Shown: positions 7,150-17,964 of the stretch, in pieces
Numbering within the stretch: position 1 is the stretch's first letter
How the letters are laid out: every line of letters begins with the position of its first letter
From: Candidatus Woesearchaeota archaeon
GTDB taxonomy: Archaea > Nanobdellota > Nanobdellia > Woesearchaeales > GW2011-AR4
Assembly: GCA_018303505.1 (NCBI GenBank)
Contig: JAGVYA010000020.1
Coordinates: 97 to 64,096, forward strand
Direction of reading: 5' to 3'
DNA length: 64,000 nt
Notes under the pieces: model-generated
Databases searched by the model: none
Told to the model about the DNA's origin: nothing
Seen by the model: only the letters and a program-made list of their open reading frames with translations
Position numbers and translations under genes: made by a program

Positions 7150-7344
7150 TCATACCTATCCGTTGTTGGTAGCTGCGGCAAGCCAATTGCTCATTTATGG
7201 GAAAGTTATGTTGAAAGAGTCAACAAAGGCGAAGACAGGAAAAAGGTAATGGATGACTTGGGCTTGCAGAGGTACTGCTGCAGGGCAATGTTCCTCGGCC
7301 ATGTCGATTTGATTGATACGGCGGCGCAGTTTAAGAAGTTTTGA
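7146..7344 (+). pseudogene. rpoN: RNA polymerase subunit N (Rpo10) interrupted by a +1 frameshift after codon 8
   Basis: ATG at 7146 gives MIIPIRCW then TAG. Skipping T7170 continues SCGKPIAHLWESYVERVNKGEDRKKVMDDLGLQRYCCRAMFLGHVDLIDTAAQFKKF, stop at 7342-7344. Together 65 aa with the RpoN RCxxCGK and RYCCR signatures. Confidence 0.75.
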
Positions 7345-7389
7345 ATTATTATTTTTCTTTATTATTTTTTAATTTTGTTTATTAAAAAA

Positions 7390-7915
7390 ATGAAATTCAT
7401 TATAGAACACCTTGAACCTGAACTTTGTGAATGGTGTTTAATAGAGTACGAGCATATTTCTAAGATTGTAGATAAAAATAATCTGATTTTTACCAACATT
7501 AAAAATAAAAAAAATATTGAAAAATTTAAAAAATATGGGGCTGTTTATAGAAAAGGTATCGCTGAATTGAATTTTAACAATATTTGTGCCTTATCCCAAT
7601 ATTCTAAAAAAACATTAACAACAAAAGACAAAAATAAGTTTCAATATTTTGTTTTTGGCGGCATTTTGGGCGACAATCCAGCAAAAAAAAAGAAACCTTG
7701 GCAAGAAGCAGATGCCTACTGATACTGCAATTTATGTCGCAAAGAAAATTTTAGATGGAATAAAATTAAGTGATTTCAAGTTTGTTGACGAATTGGAAAT
7801 TGAAATTAATGAAAATGAAAGTGTTACTTTGCCTTTTAGGTATGTTATTGAGAATAATAAATTGATTATAAATGAAAAATTGGTGGAGTATTTGAGGAAT
7901 AGGAAAGAGTTTTGA
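7390..7915 (+). pseudogene. SPOUT-like (DUF431-type) putative methyltransferase split by a frameshift in an A9 run
   Basis: Track ORFs 7375..7722 and 7649..7915 join as ..FGGILGDNPAKKK / RNLGKKQMPTDTAIYVAKKILDG.. across the A-run at 7683-7691. Family call is from memory of FIIEHLEPEL-type N-termini. Confidence 0.5.
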
Positions 7916-7920
7916 TTGAG

Positions 7921-8250
7921 CTATTTATTTTTAAAAGGCACTAAACACATATCTCTATCTATTTCATCTTCAATATTATTACACACTTGGCTATCATTAC
8001 TTAATGCAGCAACAATTGTATAACAACCTTCCCTATCACCTTCGTACTCGATTTTTTTGCAAAGTGAAGGGTCCAATGTTTCAAAAATAAGATTTAAGAG
8101 GCATTGATCTCTTTCTGACTCATTCTTAATACTTTTACAAAAGGAGACGTCTTGATTTTTTAAATTCGTATTGTTCTTAAGGTTCATGAAAACTAATGCT
8201 ACTATGAATAGAATACTGAAAACAATAAGGACTAGTATAAACTTCTTCAT
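7921..8250 (-). CDS. small membrane-anchored or secreted Cys-repeat protein
   Basis: N-terminal hydrophobic segment, then four C...(E/D)RD.C-like repeats. Confidence 0.55.
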   Translation of the reverse strand: MKKFILVLIVFSILFIVALVFMNLKNNTNLKNQDVSFCKSIKNESERDQCLLNLIFETLDPSLCKKIEYEGDREGCYTIVAALSNDSQVCNNIEDEIDRDMCLVPFKNK

Positions 8251-8348
8251 AAACTATTTTTTATACACTCATATAAAATACTTTTTATTGTTACGTAATA
8301 AAAATAATACATAATCTTTAAAAACCAAAATATAAAACTCATTCTGAA

Positions 8349-11102
8349 ATGACTGATACTGTTGATTTTAATGCCATTGCCAAAAAATGGCAGAAGAAGT
8401 GGGAAGAAAAGCAGATATTCAAAGTTAGAGAGGATCCTAAAAAGAAGAAGTTCTATTGCTTAGAGATGTATCCCTACACAAGCGAGCGTTTGCATATGGG
8501 TCATTTAAGAAATTATTCTATTGGAGACTCATTTGCAAGATATAAAAGAATGCAAGGCTATAATGTGCTTTATCCAATGGGGTATGATGCATTTGGATTG
8601 CCTGCTGAAAATGCAGCCATCAAGCACGGAATAGACCCTGAAAAGTGGACATTAACAAATATGGACACTATGAGGCAGCAGCAAAAGGACATGGGTTTTT
8701 CTTATGATTGGGATAGAGAGATTGCAAGCTTGCACGAAAATTATTACAAATGGAACCAATGGATTTTCTTAAAATTTTATGAAAAAGGTTTAGCTTACAA
8801 GAAAAAGGCTGCTGCAAATTGGTGTCCTAGCTGTGCAACTGTGCTTGCAAACGAGCAAGTCATAGACGGAAAATGCTGGCGCTGCCAAAATGATGTGACA
8901 GAAACTTTTCTTGAGCAGTGGTTTTTCAAGATTACAGATTACGCAGAGGAGTTATTGCAAGACATAGAAAAGCTTGAGCATTGGCCGGAAAGAGTAAAAA
9001 TAATGCAAAAAAACTGGATTGGAAAAAGCCATGGTGTAGAGATAGATTTCAAAATAAAAGGAACAAACAAAACAATTTCAACTTTCACCACAAGGCCAGA
9101 CACAATTTTTGGAGTTACAGCCTTAGTATTTTCAGTCGAGCATCCAATGGTTTTGGAACTGGTTGGAGGAACAAAATACGAAAAACCTGTTAAAGATTTT
9201 ATAACTGAAACAAAGAAGAGAAGCAGAGCTGAGAGGATATCAGCTGAAACTGAAAAGAACGGAGTTTATGTTGGAAAGCATGCAATTAACCCTGTAAACA
9301 ATGAAGAAATACCGATTTATGTTGCCGATTACGTATTGATGGACTATGGTACAGGTGCTGTTATGGTAGTTCCTGCTCATGACCAGAGAGATTTTGAATT
9401 TGCCACGAAATACTATTTAAAAATTAAAGAGGTTATAAGCCTTACAGGTAAACCACAGGGAATTCTTAAAGCAAGTTGTGAAGATTATGGAATATTGATA
9501 AATTCTGGAAAATATTCTGGAATGAAGAGTGAAGAAGCTATCGAAAAAATAGCAGAGGAGTTAAAAAACAATAAACAAGGAAAGCGTAGCATAAATTTTA
9601 GACTTCGTGACTGGCTCATATCAAGGCAAAGATACTGGGGCACTCCTATTCCAATAATTTATTGCGATAAATGCGGCATTGCGCCAGTTCCATATGAGGA
9701 TTTGCCTGTTAAACTTCCAAAACCAGAAAAGTGCAAGTTTACAGGCCAAGGCAATCCACTTGAAACTTGCAAGGAATTTGTAGAAGCAAAATGCCCAAAA
9801 TGCCATGGCAAAGCAAAGCGTGAAACAGATACAATGGATACTTTTGTCGACAGCTCATGGTATTTCTTAAGATATTGCAGCCCTAAATATGATAAAGAAC
9901 CTTTTGACAAGGAATCTGCAGAATACTGGATGCCAGTTGACCAGTATACTGGAGGCATAGAGCACGCAATATTGCATTTGCTTTATGCGAGATTTTTTAC
10001 AAAAGCATTGCGCGATTTGGGCTTGGCAACAGTTGACGAGCCTTTTGCAAGGCTATTAACACAAGGAATGGTCATAAAGGACGGAGCAAAAATGTCAAAG
10101 TCTCTTGGCAATGTTGTTGACCCAGCTGAGATAAGCGAGAAATATGGGCCTGATACAGCTAGGCTTTTTATTTTATTTGCTGCACTGCCAGAAAAAGAAC
10201 TAGAATGGAGTGATAAGGGAGTTAACGGCTCATTTAGATTCCTAAACAGGGTTTATAATTTGGTTAATGACAACATCCAGAATATTTCTCATAAGCATTA
10301 CGACGAGCATAAATTGAATGACACAGACAAGTATGTTCTGAGCAAGATGCACCTCACAATAAAAAACGTAACAAAACATGTTGAAAATTTTGAATTCAGC
10401 TTGGCAATCGGAAAGATTATGGAATACTTTGATGTTTTGCAGAAATACAAGGAAAAATCCTTCAGAAACAAAGTTTCTGGGGAACTTGAAAATCAAAGAT
10501 TTTCAAGTAACAAAGAGGTTTTTGGAGAAGCTGTTAAAAACCTTGCTTTGATGATGCTGCCTTTCACACCTCATTTAAGCGAGGAAATATGGCGTATGAT
10601 AAAATGCGAAAGATTTGCTTCGTTGCAGAAATGGCCAAGCTATGACGAAAATAAGATTGACAAAAGGGCTGAAGCAGTTGCAATGCTTGTAGAAAACACT
10701 AGAAAGGACATTATTGAAATTTTAAAGTTAACAAAAATAGAAAAACCATCAAAGATTACTTTATTCGCTGCAGAAAAATGGAAATATGACTTTATGGAGA
10801 AACTAGGAGAAGAGATGAAAAAAACAAGAGATGTAAATGATTTAATTAAAATATTAATGTCTAGTGATTTAAAGGTTTATGGACATGAGATAACTAAATT
10901 GATTCCAAAACTATTGAATGATACAACAAAAATTCCGCAGATTGTTTTAAGTCAAGAAATTGAGTTTCATGCTTTAAATGACTCATCTAAAGACTATGAA
11001 GAAGAGTTCAAATGCAAAGTTGAGGTTATAGTGGCTGAAAAAGCAGTGGAAATCAAAGCAAAGCAGGCATTGCCATCGAAAGCAGCTATTTTAATTGAGT
11101 GA
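8349..11102 (+). CDS. leuS: leucyl-tRNA synthetase, bacterial-type architecture
   Basis: HMGH and KMSKS motifs. [20 protein letters not shown] and [26 protein letters not shown]...[16 protein letters not shown]. Confidence 0.93.
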   Translation: MTDTVDFNAIAKKWQKKWEEKQIFKVREDPKKKKFYCLEMYPYTSERLHMGHLRNYSIGDSFARYKRMQGYNVLYPMGYDAFGLPAENAAIKHGIDPEKWTLTNMDTMRQQQKDMGFSYDWDREIASLHENYYKWNQWIFLKFYEKGLAYKKKAAANWCPSCATVLANEQVIDGKCWRCQNDVTETFLEQWFFKITDYAEELLQDIEKLEHWPERVKIMQKNWIGKSHGVEIDFKIKGTNKTISTFTTRPDTIFGVTALVFSVEHPMVLELVGGTKYEKPVKDFITETKKRSRAERISAETEKNGVYVGKHAINPVNNEEIPIYVADYVLMDYGTGAVMVVPAHDQRDFEFATKYYLKIKEVISLTGKPQGILKASCEDYGILINSGKYSGMKSEEAIEKIAEELKNNKQGKRSINFRLRDWLISRQRYWGTPIPIIYCDKCGIAPVPYEDLPVKLPKPEKCKFTGQGNPLETCKEFVEAKCPKCHGKAKRETDTMDTFVDSSWYFLRYCSPKYDKEPFDKESAEYWMPVDQYTGGIEHAILHLLYARFFTKALRDLGLATVDEPFARLLTQGMVIKDGAKMSKSLGNVVDPAEISEKYGPDTARLFILFAALPEKELEWSDKGVNGSFRFLNRVYNLVNDNIQNISHKHYDEHKLNDTDKYVLSKMHLTIKNVTKHVENFEFSLAIGKIMEYFDVLQKYKEKSFRNKVSGELENQRFSSNKEVFGEAVKNLALMMLPFTPHLSEEIWRMIKCERFASLQKWPSYDENKIDKRAEAVAMLVENTRKDIIEILKLTKIEKPSKITLFAAEKWKYDFMEKLGEEMKKTRDVNDLIKILMSSDLKVYGHEITKLIPKLLNDTTKIPQIVLSQEIEFHALNDSSKDYEEEFKCKVEVIVAEKAVEIKAKQALPSKAAILIE

Positions 11103-11554
11103 TTACTTTCTTTTCTTGGAAGATTTTTCATATTCACTTACTAATTTTTCTGATTTGTAATTAAACAAAGTCTTTAATTTATCAAAAAAAGTTTTAGGGT
11201 AATGTTTTATCTTTATCTTTCCTAGTCTTTCTAGCCAGAACTCTTCCCTCACTTCTACAAAATGCGAAGCTATTATTGACAAGCCGTATAATGCAATTGC
11301 AACTCCGGCAAATGCATAAATTATTGTGAATATTTTACCAAAATCTGTTTTTGGCGTTATGTCGCCATAGCCAACGGTTGTCATTGTTGCTGCTGAGAGG
11401 TACAGCGCGTCTATATAGCGAATTTTTCTATATAATGGTAAAAAGTTGCACCTCCGAATAAAAATAGCAGTATTACAATAACAATATAGTAAATTCTTCT
11501 ATGAAATCTTCTATGCTCTTCCTCCTCTGCCTTCATCAATTCTTTTTTGTCCAT
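11103..11554 (-). pseudogene. two-TM potassium channel interrupted by a frameshift in a 5-nt homopolymer
   Basis: Own translation: MDKKELMKAEEEEHRRFHRRIYYIVIVILLFLFGGATFYHYIEK in one frame. IRYIDALYLSAATMTTVGYGDITP... follows in the track ORF frame. The shift is at the T5 run 11423-11427 (plus strand). TVGYGD selectivity filter present. Confidence 0.75.
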
Positions 11555-11645
11555 TTGAAATATTAATTTTTAAAACTCTATATAAACTTTATGCTAAACG
11601 AAAACAATATAAATAAGAACTCAAATCAAATAAAAGCTTTCTAAC

Positions 11646-12758
11646 ATGAACTACAAGATTGCTGTTTTTCCAGGAGATGGTGTCGGACCAGAATTAATAA
11701 ATGAAGGAATAAAAGTAATTGAGAAAGCAGCTGAGCTTGACAAGTTTGAGATAGAGTGGATAAAATATCCCCACGGAGCAGAGCACTACCTTGAAACAAA
11801 AGAGGTATTAAGTAAAAAAATCCTAAAGGAGATTAAGAATTCGTGCAATGTGATTTACTGCGGCGCTTTTGATGCTATAGGAGAGCAGAAGGTTTCTAAT
11901 TTAATAAGGACTTATTTTGACCAATTTGTCAGTTTAAGGCCAATAAAACTATTGCCAAGCGTTGAAAGCCCATTAGCTAACAAAACTCACAATGAGATTA
12001 ATTTTGTTATTATAAGGGAAAATACCGAAGACTTTTATGTTGGGGCTTATGGAAGAGTAAAAAATGGTAAAAATAAGCAACAGCTTGAGATTGACAATAA
12101 TACACTTAAAGCAAAATTTGGGCTGAGCATAGAAACAAAAGAGAGTATTGCTTATTCAATCGGAATTTTAAGCAGAAAAGCTTGCGAAAGAATTATAAGG
12201 TACGCTTTTGAGTATGCAAAAAGAAAAAACATAAAAAAAATAGTTGCTATTGATAAAGCAAATATGATTGAGGCTTATAATTTTTGGCGTGAAAGTATTG
12301 ATAAAGTTGGAAAAGAATATCATGGAATAGAGTACGAGTTTAACCTAATTGATGCTGCTGTAATGAACTTCATAAGGCAGCCAGAGAAATATGAAGTGAT
12401 TGTTGCTCCTAACATGTTTGGCGACATTTTGGGCGATTTGGGAACAGTAATACAAGGTGGGTTAGCTTTTGCCACACAAGGAAATATCAATCCAGAAGGT
12501 ATTTCTATGTTCAAGCCAGTGCACGGAAGTGCTGCAAAACTAAAAGGCCAGGGCATTGTCAACCCTATTGCAACAATATGGGCAGGCGCTCTGATGCTCG
12601 ATACAATTGGACAGCAGAAATCCGGCGATTTAATAATCAAAGCGATTGAAGCTGTTTTGAAAGAAAGCAGGACAAGAACGCAGGATTTAAGCGGAAACAA
12701 CACAACATCAGAGATGGGAGATGCAATCGTAGATAAATTCATTGAAATTCACGATTAA
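11646..12758 (+). CDS. isocitrate/isopropylmalate dehydrogenase-family oxidative decarboxylase (tartrate dehydrogenase-like)
   Basis: KIAVFPGDGVGPEL, IIRENTEDFYVG, APNMFGDILGDL, HGSA motifs. Confidence 0.8.
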   Translation: MNYKIAVFPGDGVGPELINEGIKVIEKAAELDKFEIEWIKYPHGAEHYLETKEVLSKKILKEIKNSCNVIYCGAFDAIGEQKVSNLIRTYFDQFVSLRPIKLLPSVESPLANKTHNEINFVIIRENTEDFYVGAYGRVKNGKNKQQLEIDNNTLKAKFGLSIETKESIAYSIGILSRKACERIIRYAFEYAKRKNIKKIVAIDKANMIEAYNFWRESIDKVGKEYHGIEYEFNLIDAAVMNFIRQPEKYEVIVAPNMFGDILGDLGTVIQGGLAFATQGNINPEGISMFKPVHGSAAKLKGQGIVNPIATIWAGALMLDTIGQQKSGDLIIKAIEAVLKESRTRTQDLSGNNTTSEMGDAIVDKFIEIHD

Positions 12759-12802
12759 AATAATCAATAATAAGATTAATATTGAAAAAATAATTTGCAA
12801 AA

Positions 12803-13231
12803 ATGAAACTGCCGCGCCCAAATTATTATCAAGGAATATTGCAGCTTAGGGATATAAATGATGAAATACTAAATTTTGTTTGCAACCAGATTAAAAAAAG
12901 AGCAGATGTGGCTATAACAAAAACTGTGAAATTTGACAATGGCGTGGACTTCTATATAACATCGCAGAAATTCATAAGGATATTGGGCAAGAAGCTGAAA
13001 GAGAGTTTTGGGGGCGAATTGAAAGTAAGCTCAAAGCTTCATACAAGAAGCAGGCATGGAAAAGACCTTTACAGGGTAAATGTGCTCTTCAAGCTGTCAA
13101 AATACAAAAAAGGCGATGTTGTTTCAGTAAGAGGAGACAAGGTAAGGCTTATAAGAATTGGCAAAAAGATATTTGCAAGAGACTTAAAGACCGGAAATAA
13201 AGTCACGATAAGAAATAGCGATCTAAATTAG
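12803..13231 (+). CDS. NMD3-like domain protein (short)
   Basis: YYQGILQLRD... resembles the NMD3 core. No N-terminal Cys fingers. Weak call. Confidence 0.4.
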   Translation: MKLPRPNYYQGILQLRDINDEILNFVCNQIKKRADVAITKTVKFDNGVDFYITSQKFIRILGKKLKESFGGELKVSSKLHTRSRHGKDLYRVNVLFKLSKYKKGDVVSVRGDKVRLIRIGKKIFARDLKTGNKVTIRNSDLN

Positions 13232-14389
13232 CTCCTCTTTCTCTCTTCTGTAGTCATCAATGATTTTCTTAATCCAGTTAACCTTGCTCTTTTCAGTTTC
13301 AAAATGCCTTTTTTCTGCAAATGCAAAATGTTCGTATTCGTCAATTTTGAGGCTTTTGGCGCTGATAAACAAAAATGGAAGTTCAGCTTCAATCTTCTTG
13401 CTGATTGGCTTTTTATGAACAATGACAAAAACCTTATTTTTTAATAGGTTTATTATGCTGGCGCTTGCAATATTCGGGTTATCAATAAGAAGAAGGTCAT
13501 TAGTTTGTATATTTAATATTTTATTTTTAAAATTAAACTCATTAATGCCTAATGTATCAAGCTTTTTTAGTATATAAAAATTGTTTATATCAGATATGAT
13601 TTTATTGAATTTTTTAATTAATAAGTTTAAATACTCTATATCTTTTTCTCTGGATTTAAGTCGGTTCTCCAAAAATCTGAGCCTGTTTTCTTTGAAATCT
13701 ACAAATTTTTTATTGTTATTTTTTGGCTCCTCTAATTTATCCTGTTTTTCCAAATTGCTTATTCTTTTCCTTAAATTGTTGTTATATGATTTTATAAGGT
13801 TTAGTTCTGCCTCATATTTTTTCAGCTTATTGTACAATTTCAAAAAATCATTTTCACTTAGCTTTTTCTCAGCAATAACTTTTTCTATTATTTGGGATTC
13901 TTCATCTCCTTTCTCAATTATGCTGGCTGCATTTTTTATGCTCATTTTCTTTGTGATGACAAGCTCTTTTATTTTATCCCTGATGCTATGCTTTTTAGCA
14001 TCTTCAACAAAAAAGTCTATCTTATCAAGCAGGGTTTTTATTTCCTTGTAGGCAAACAGTGCAGAAGCCAGGGCATCGCCTTGATGCTCATCATTGAAGT
14101 TAAAATTGCTGATCATTTTTCTTTTTTCATAAACTTTTATATCTTCTTGAGGGCTTGCAATTCTTGCTCCAAATTTTGCTGCAAACGCCTCAATCAAGCC
14201 AGGCACTTTTACTTTGTCTGTGCCGACTAAAACAACTTTGCCAAAATCCAATGTTTTAGAAATTAATTTTTTTAAGTCGAGCTGCTTTGAAGAATCAAGG
14301 TGAATTAAGTTCCCTTCAATGTCAAGAACCGCAAAGCCTGTGGTTGTCCCTGGGTCAATGCCAACAATAAGCAGTTTCTTGTTTACCAT
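13223..14389 (-). CDS. DUF460/COG2433-type RNase H-fold putative nuclease with coiled-coil
   Basis: LLIVGIDPGTTTGFAVLDIEGNLI...VLVGTDK...EHQGDALASALFAY. Trimmed to ATG (MVNKK) because the GTG-extended part of the track ORF overlaps a hairpin repeat. Confidence 0.6.
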   Translation of the reverse strand: MVNKKLLIVGIDPGTTTGFAVLDIEGNLIHLDSSKQLDLKKLISKTLDFGKVVLVGTDKVKVPGLIEAFAAKFGARIASPQEDIKVYEKRKMISNFNFNDEHQGDALASALFAYKEIKTLLDKIDFFVEDAKKHSIRDKIKELVITKKMSIKNAASIIEKGDEESQIIEKVIAEKKLSENDFLKLYNKLKKYEAELNLIKSYNNNLRKRISNLEKQDKLEEPKNNNKKFVDFKENRLRFLENRLKSREKDIEYLNLLIKKFNKIISDINNFYILKKLDTLGINEFNFKNKILNIQTNDLLLIDNPNIASASIINLLKNKVFVIVHKKPISKKIEAELPFLFISAKSLKIDEYEHFAFAEKRHFETEKSKVNWIKKIIDDYRREKEELI

Positions 14390-14469
14390 CTGCTTAAGAG
14401 AATGATTTGCCGGTTTAAAAATCTTTGCGCCATAAGCTTTATAAGTGAAATTAGAATACTTGATTGTGT

Positions 14470-14750
14470 CAAAAACCACCCATCATAGATGGGTGGCATG
14501 AAGCGGAAGCTTAATTATAGGCTTGAATTGATGGTGGTTTTTGAGCATCTCAAAAATGTCCTACATTTTTGATGATCATCGGAAATCTTTTGATTTCCGA
14601 GATGCTCGAGAATATACCATCTTGTACAAGCACATCTGACTTACGTCCATTAGTCATATGTCGGTAAATGCTTTGCATTTCCGAGCACACTCGAAAATCT
14701 GTCGAATGTGAGCGAGTTCGCGAGCTCACTCGCATCTCACTGATTTTTGA
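14470..14750. repeat. array of GC-rich hairpins (same superfamily as 32551-32675)
   Basis: CCACCCATC-ATA-GATGGGTGG, CAAAAACCACC...GGTGGTTTTTG, TCGGAAATC-TTTT-GATTTCCGA and CGGTAAATGC-TTT-GCATTTCCG. Long hairpin at 14691-14750 with a GTGAGCGAG..CTCACTCGC core. Confidence 0.7.
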
Positions 14751-14775
14751 TGGACTAATGGTATATTTTCGACAT

Positions 14776-15614
<839 letters not shown>

Positions 15615-15615
15615 A

Positions 15616-16020
15616 ATGACAAAGCTTGGTATGGTTGTTTCATTGTTTAATTATGAGATAACAGGAGAGATGAGCAAAAAAGCACAAGAAAGGGTAAAAG
15701 AATTAGGTGCAAAAATCATTAAAATAATAGAAGTGCCAGGCTCTTTTGAAATACCCTTGGCTGTTAAGGAATTGCTTAAAGACAAAAACATAGAAGGTGT
15801 TGTTACAATAGGCACGATCATCAAAGGCGGCACAGACCATGACACTGTTGTTGCTCATTCTGTTGCAAGAAAGCTTCTAGATTTGTCAGTTCAGTACAGC
15901 AAGCCAGTTTCCCTAGGTATTTCTGGACCTAATATAACATGGCAGCAGAGCGAGAAAAGAATTGATGAGTATGCAATAAGGGCTGTTGACAGCGTTGTGA
16001 AGATGCTTAGGAGAAGCTAA
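15616..16020 (+). CDS. ribH: 6,7-dimethyl-8-ribityllumazine synthase
   Basis: VVSLFNYEIT...EVPGSFEIPLAVKELL...; rib cluster context. Confidence 0.85.
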   Translation: MTKLGMVVSLFNYEITGEMSKKAQERVKELGAKIIKIIEVPGSFEIPLAVKELLKDKNIEGVVTIGTIIKGGTDHDTVVAHSVARKLLDLSVQYSKPVSLGISGPNITWQQSEKRIDEYAIRAVDSVVKMLRRS

Positions 16021-16088
16021 TTTATTATAAAAAAAATTTATATATAAATACGCGCCCTCCTATATTATAAAATTTTTTATTATTAACC

Positions 16089-16664
16089 ATGAAGCACATT
16101 GTACCAATCCTAATATTTATCATGGCATTGTTTGTTGCTATAGCTAGCCTCGTTGGATGTACGCCACAGTTAGAGGGGCCTTTGCCACCACTAGAGATAA
16201 AGTTGCCAGATTTGATAATTGATTCAATTTCTTATAGAATTATACCGCCAAATGACTCGTTGGGGATGCCGGCGCTTCCGGATATAGCTTATATGGAATT
16301 CACAATTAAGATAAAAAATATTGGTGACGCTTCTATCACTGACCCTTTTTATATCGCAAACACCAAGTCCAATCTAGATTTAACGCGTGGTTATTACTCT
16401 AAAGTCCAAATAGTCAATCAAGACAAGCGAAGGCTAAACCCAAATGAGACTTTTGAAGTAATAGTGTTAGAGTCTATCGATTTAGCTCCAAATGAGCCAT
16501 TTGAAGTAACAGTGTTAACTGCTGTCGATTCTGATGTCGATAGGGTACGTTTTCTTATTGTTCCTTATAGTGAGGATTATCAAAAAGACAAATTACCAGC
16601 ATTGTTTCCAGGAATTGAAGAGCGAGACTATCAAAACAATATATATGAACTGCTGATTAGGTAG
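16089..16664 (+). CDS. putative lipoprotein, CARDB-like beta-sandwich
   Basis: Signal peptide with LVGC lipobox. IKIKNIGDASITDPFYI pattern. Confidence 0.5.
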   Translation: MKHIVPILIFIMALFVAIASLVGCTPQLEGPLPPLEIKLPDLIIDSISYRIIPPNDSLGMPALPDIAYMEFTIKIKNIGDASITDPFYIANTKSNLDLTRGYYSKVQIVNQDKRRLNPNETFEVIVLESIDLAPNEPFEVTVLTAVDSDVDRVRFLIVPYSEDYQKDKLPALFPGIEERDYQNNIYELLIR

Positions 16665-16700
16665 GATAATTTCTAGCCAAAGAAAACTTTATTTTAATAT

Positions 16701-17489
16701 TTAAAAAAACTTCCCCAAAGTCGTTTCCAATTTTCTTGCTTTCTTCGGCTTGGTAAGTTTTCTCATATTCTCCTGCTCCATCAAGGAATTCAAAAACAGT
16801 TTCCTGGTTTTCTTATTCAAAACATTGTGCTCAAGCATTTCCGCCATCTCCGCAGCTTTCAGGCCAGAATTCTTCAGGATTGCTGCTAATCTATCCACAT
16901 TTGTCTTTCTGAACTCCTTGACAATTTCGTCATTACTCAAAATATTTGATAAAAATTCCTTTCTTGAATTTGATGTGAATGAGTCATTTACAAGCAGCTT
17001 TGCCATCTTTGCAGGCTCGCTCAGAAGCAAAAATTTTGTCAATTGCAAAGTCCTTATTATATCATTTTTGTAATACTGCGTGTCAAGGTTTTCCATGACA
17101 TCATATAGAATGTTTTCAAACTCCATTATTTGGATATCCATAATGCCAAATTCTTTTATTATGCCTGCCTTTTTTGACTTCGGCAGGGAGCCCAGCACAA
17201 GAACCCTCCTTATTGCAGGATTTTCAATGGAACTTATATTTTTTTGAACTACTTCCAAAATCGAATTATCATAAAATTTTTCCTCTGATATTTTTTCTGC
17301 GGAAATTCCCATCTCTTTGGAATCAATCGTGCCTGTCAAAGAACAGATTACTTGTACATGAAATACTTCCTGTGATTTGGGATTAATTGCAAGAATTCCA
17401 AGATCCTTGTTATTTGTTTTGATATTATTAATAGTGAAAAGCCCCTTTTTATTGTACCAATAATTAACTATCTCCTTTTCAGCACTCAT
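16701..17489 (-). CDS. hypothetical protein (possible nuclease-like N-terminus)
   Basis: Track ORF trimmed to MSAEKEIVNYWYNKKGLFTINNIK. No firm motif. Confidence 0.5.
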   Translation of the reverse strand: MSAEKEIVNYWYNKKGLFTINNIKTNNKDLGILAINPKSQEVFHVQVICSLTGTIDSKEMGISAEKISEEKFYDNSILEVVQKNISSIENPAIRRVLVLGSLPKSKKAGIIKEFGIMDIQIMEFENILYDVMENLDTQYYKNDIIRTLQLTKFLLLSEPAKMAKLLVNDSFTSNSRKEFLSNILSNDEIVKEFRKTNVDRLAAILKNSGLKAAEMAEMLEHNVLNKKTRKLFLNSLMEQENMRKLTKPKKARKLETTLGKFF

Positions 17490-17544
17490 AAACCATCCCC
17501 TTTTGAAGCAATAGATTAGTTTTTGTTTATAAGGTTTGTGGTTT

Positions 17545-17964
17545 TTAAATATCAAGAAGGTTCAGCCCGATAAAATCATCGTGCTTTCTGTTTATATTTG
17601 CGTTCAATTTCACCAGAATAATCTCGCATGTTGCAGCTATGGTTCCTTCTTTAATGTGTCCAGCAATTGCGTGCATTTTCTCATCGCTCAATACTATGTG
17701 GCAGTGCAAATATATTTCATTATTCATTGTTGTGATGTTGCCAGTCATATTTACTATTTCCAATGGCTGTTTGTAGGTTTTTGAAGTGTACTTCTTGTTC
17801 TCAACGATATAATGCGCTAACTCAACTTCGTTTAAAGCGCCAATTCCAAAGAAATAGCCGCATTTTATCTTGTTTTTATTGCAGAAATTCTTCAGCGTTT
17901 CAATTATTTTTTCTCCCCTGTCTAATCTTATGAAATAAGTGTCTTTAATTTGCTTATGTTTCAT
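17545..17964 (-). CDS. PPC (DUF296) domain protein
   Basis: YFIRLDRGEKIIETL...LEIVNMTGNI...HCHIVLSD...AGHIKEG pattern. Confidence 0.65.
   Translation of the reverse strand: MKHKQIKDTYFIRLDRGEKIIETLKNFCNKNKIKCGYFFGIGALNEVELAHYIVENKKYTSKTYKQPLEIVNMTGNITTMNNEIYLHCHIVLSDEKMHAIAGHIKEGTIAATCEIILVKLNANINRKHDDFIGLNLLDI

Noticed and set aside
6040-7344. LAGLIDADG ORF as an intein or readthrough fusion with RpoN
   Set aside because: No intein splice blocks are present: no N-terminal Cys/Ser block and no C-terminal His-Asn. The RpoN N-terminal codons lie after, not before, the endonuclease. Sharing a frame with the downstream rpoN part has a one-in-three chance expectation.
8981-10496. Short ORFs overlapping known genes, mostly antisense and some same-strand in another frame, for example inside leuS, gyrA (57797..59964 set), infB, ribosomal genes, scpB, cca and the VWA/AAA+ genes
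   Set aside because: These are shadow ORFs typical of AT-rich, K/E-rich coding regions. They have low-complexity F/S/L-rich products and overlap strongly supported genes.
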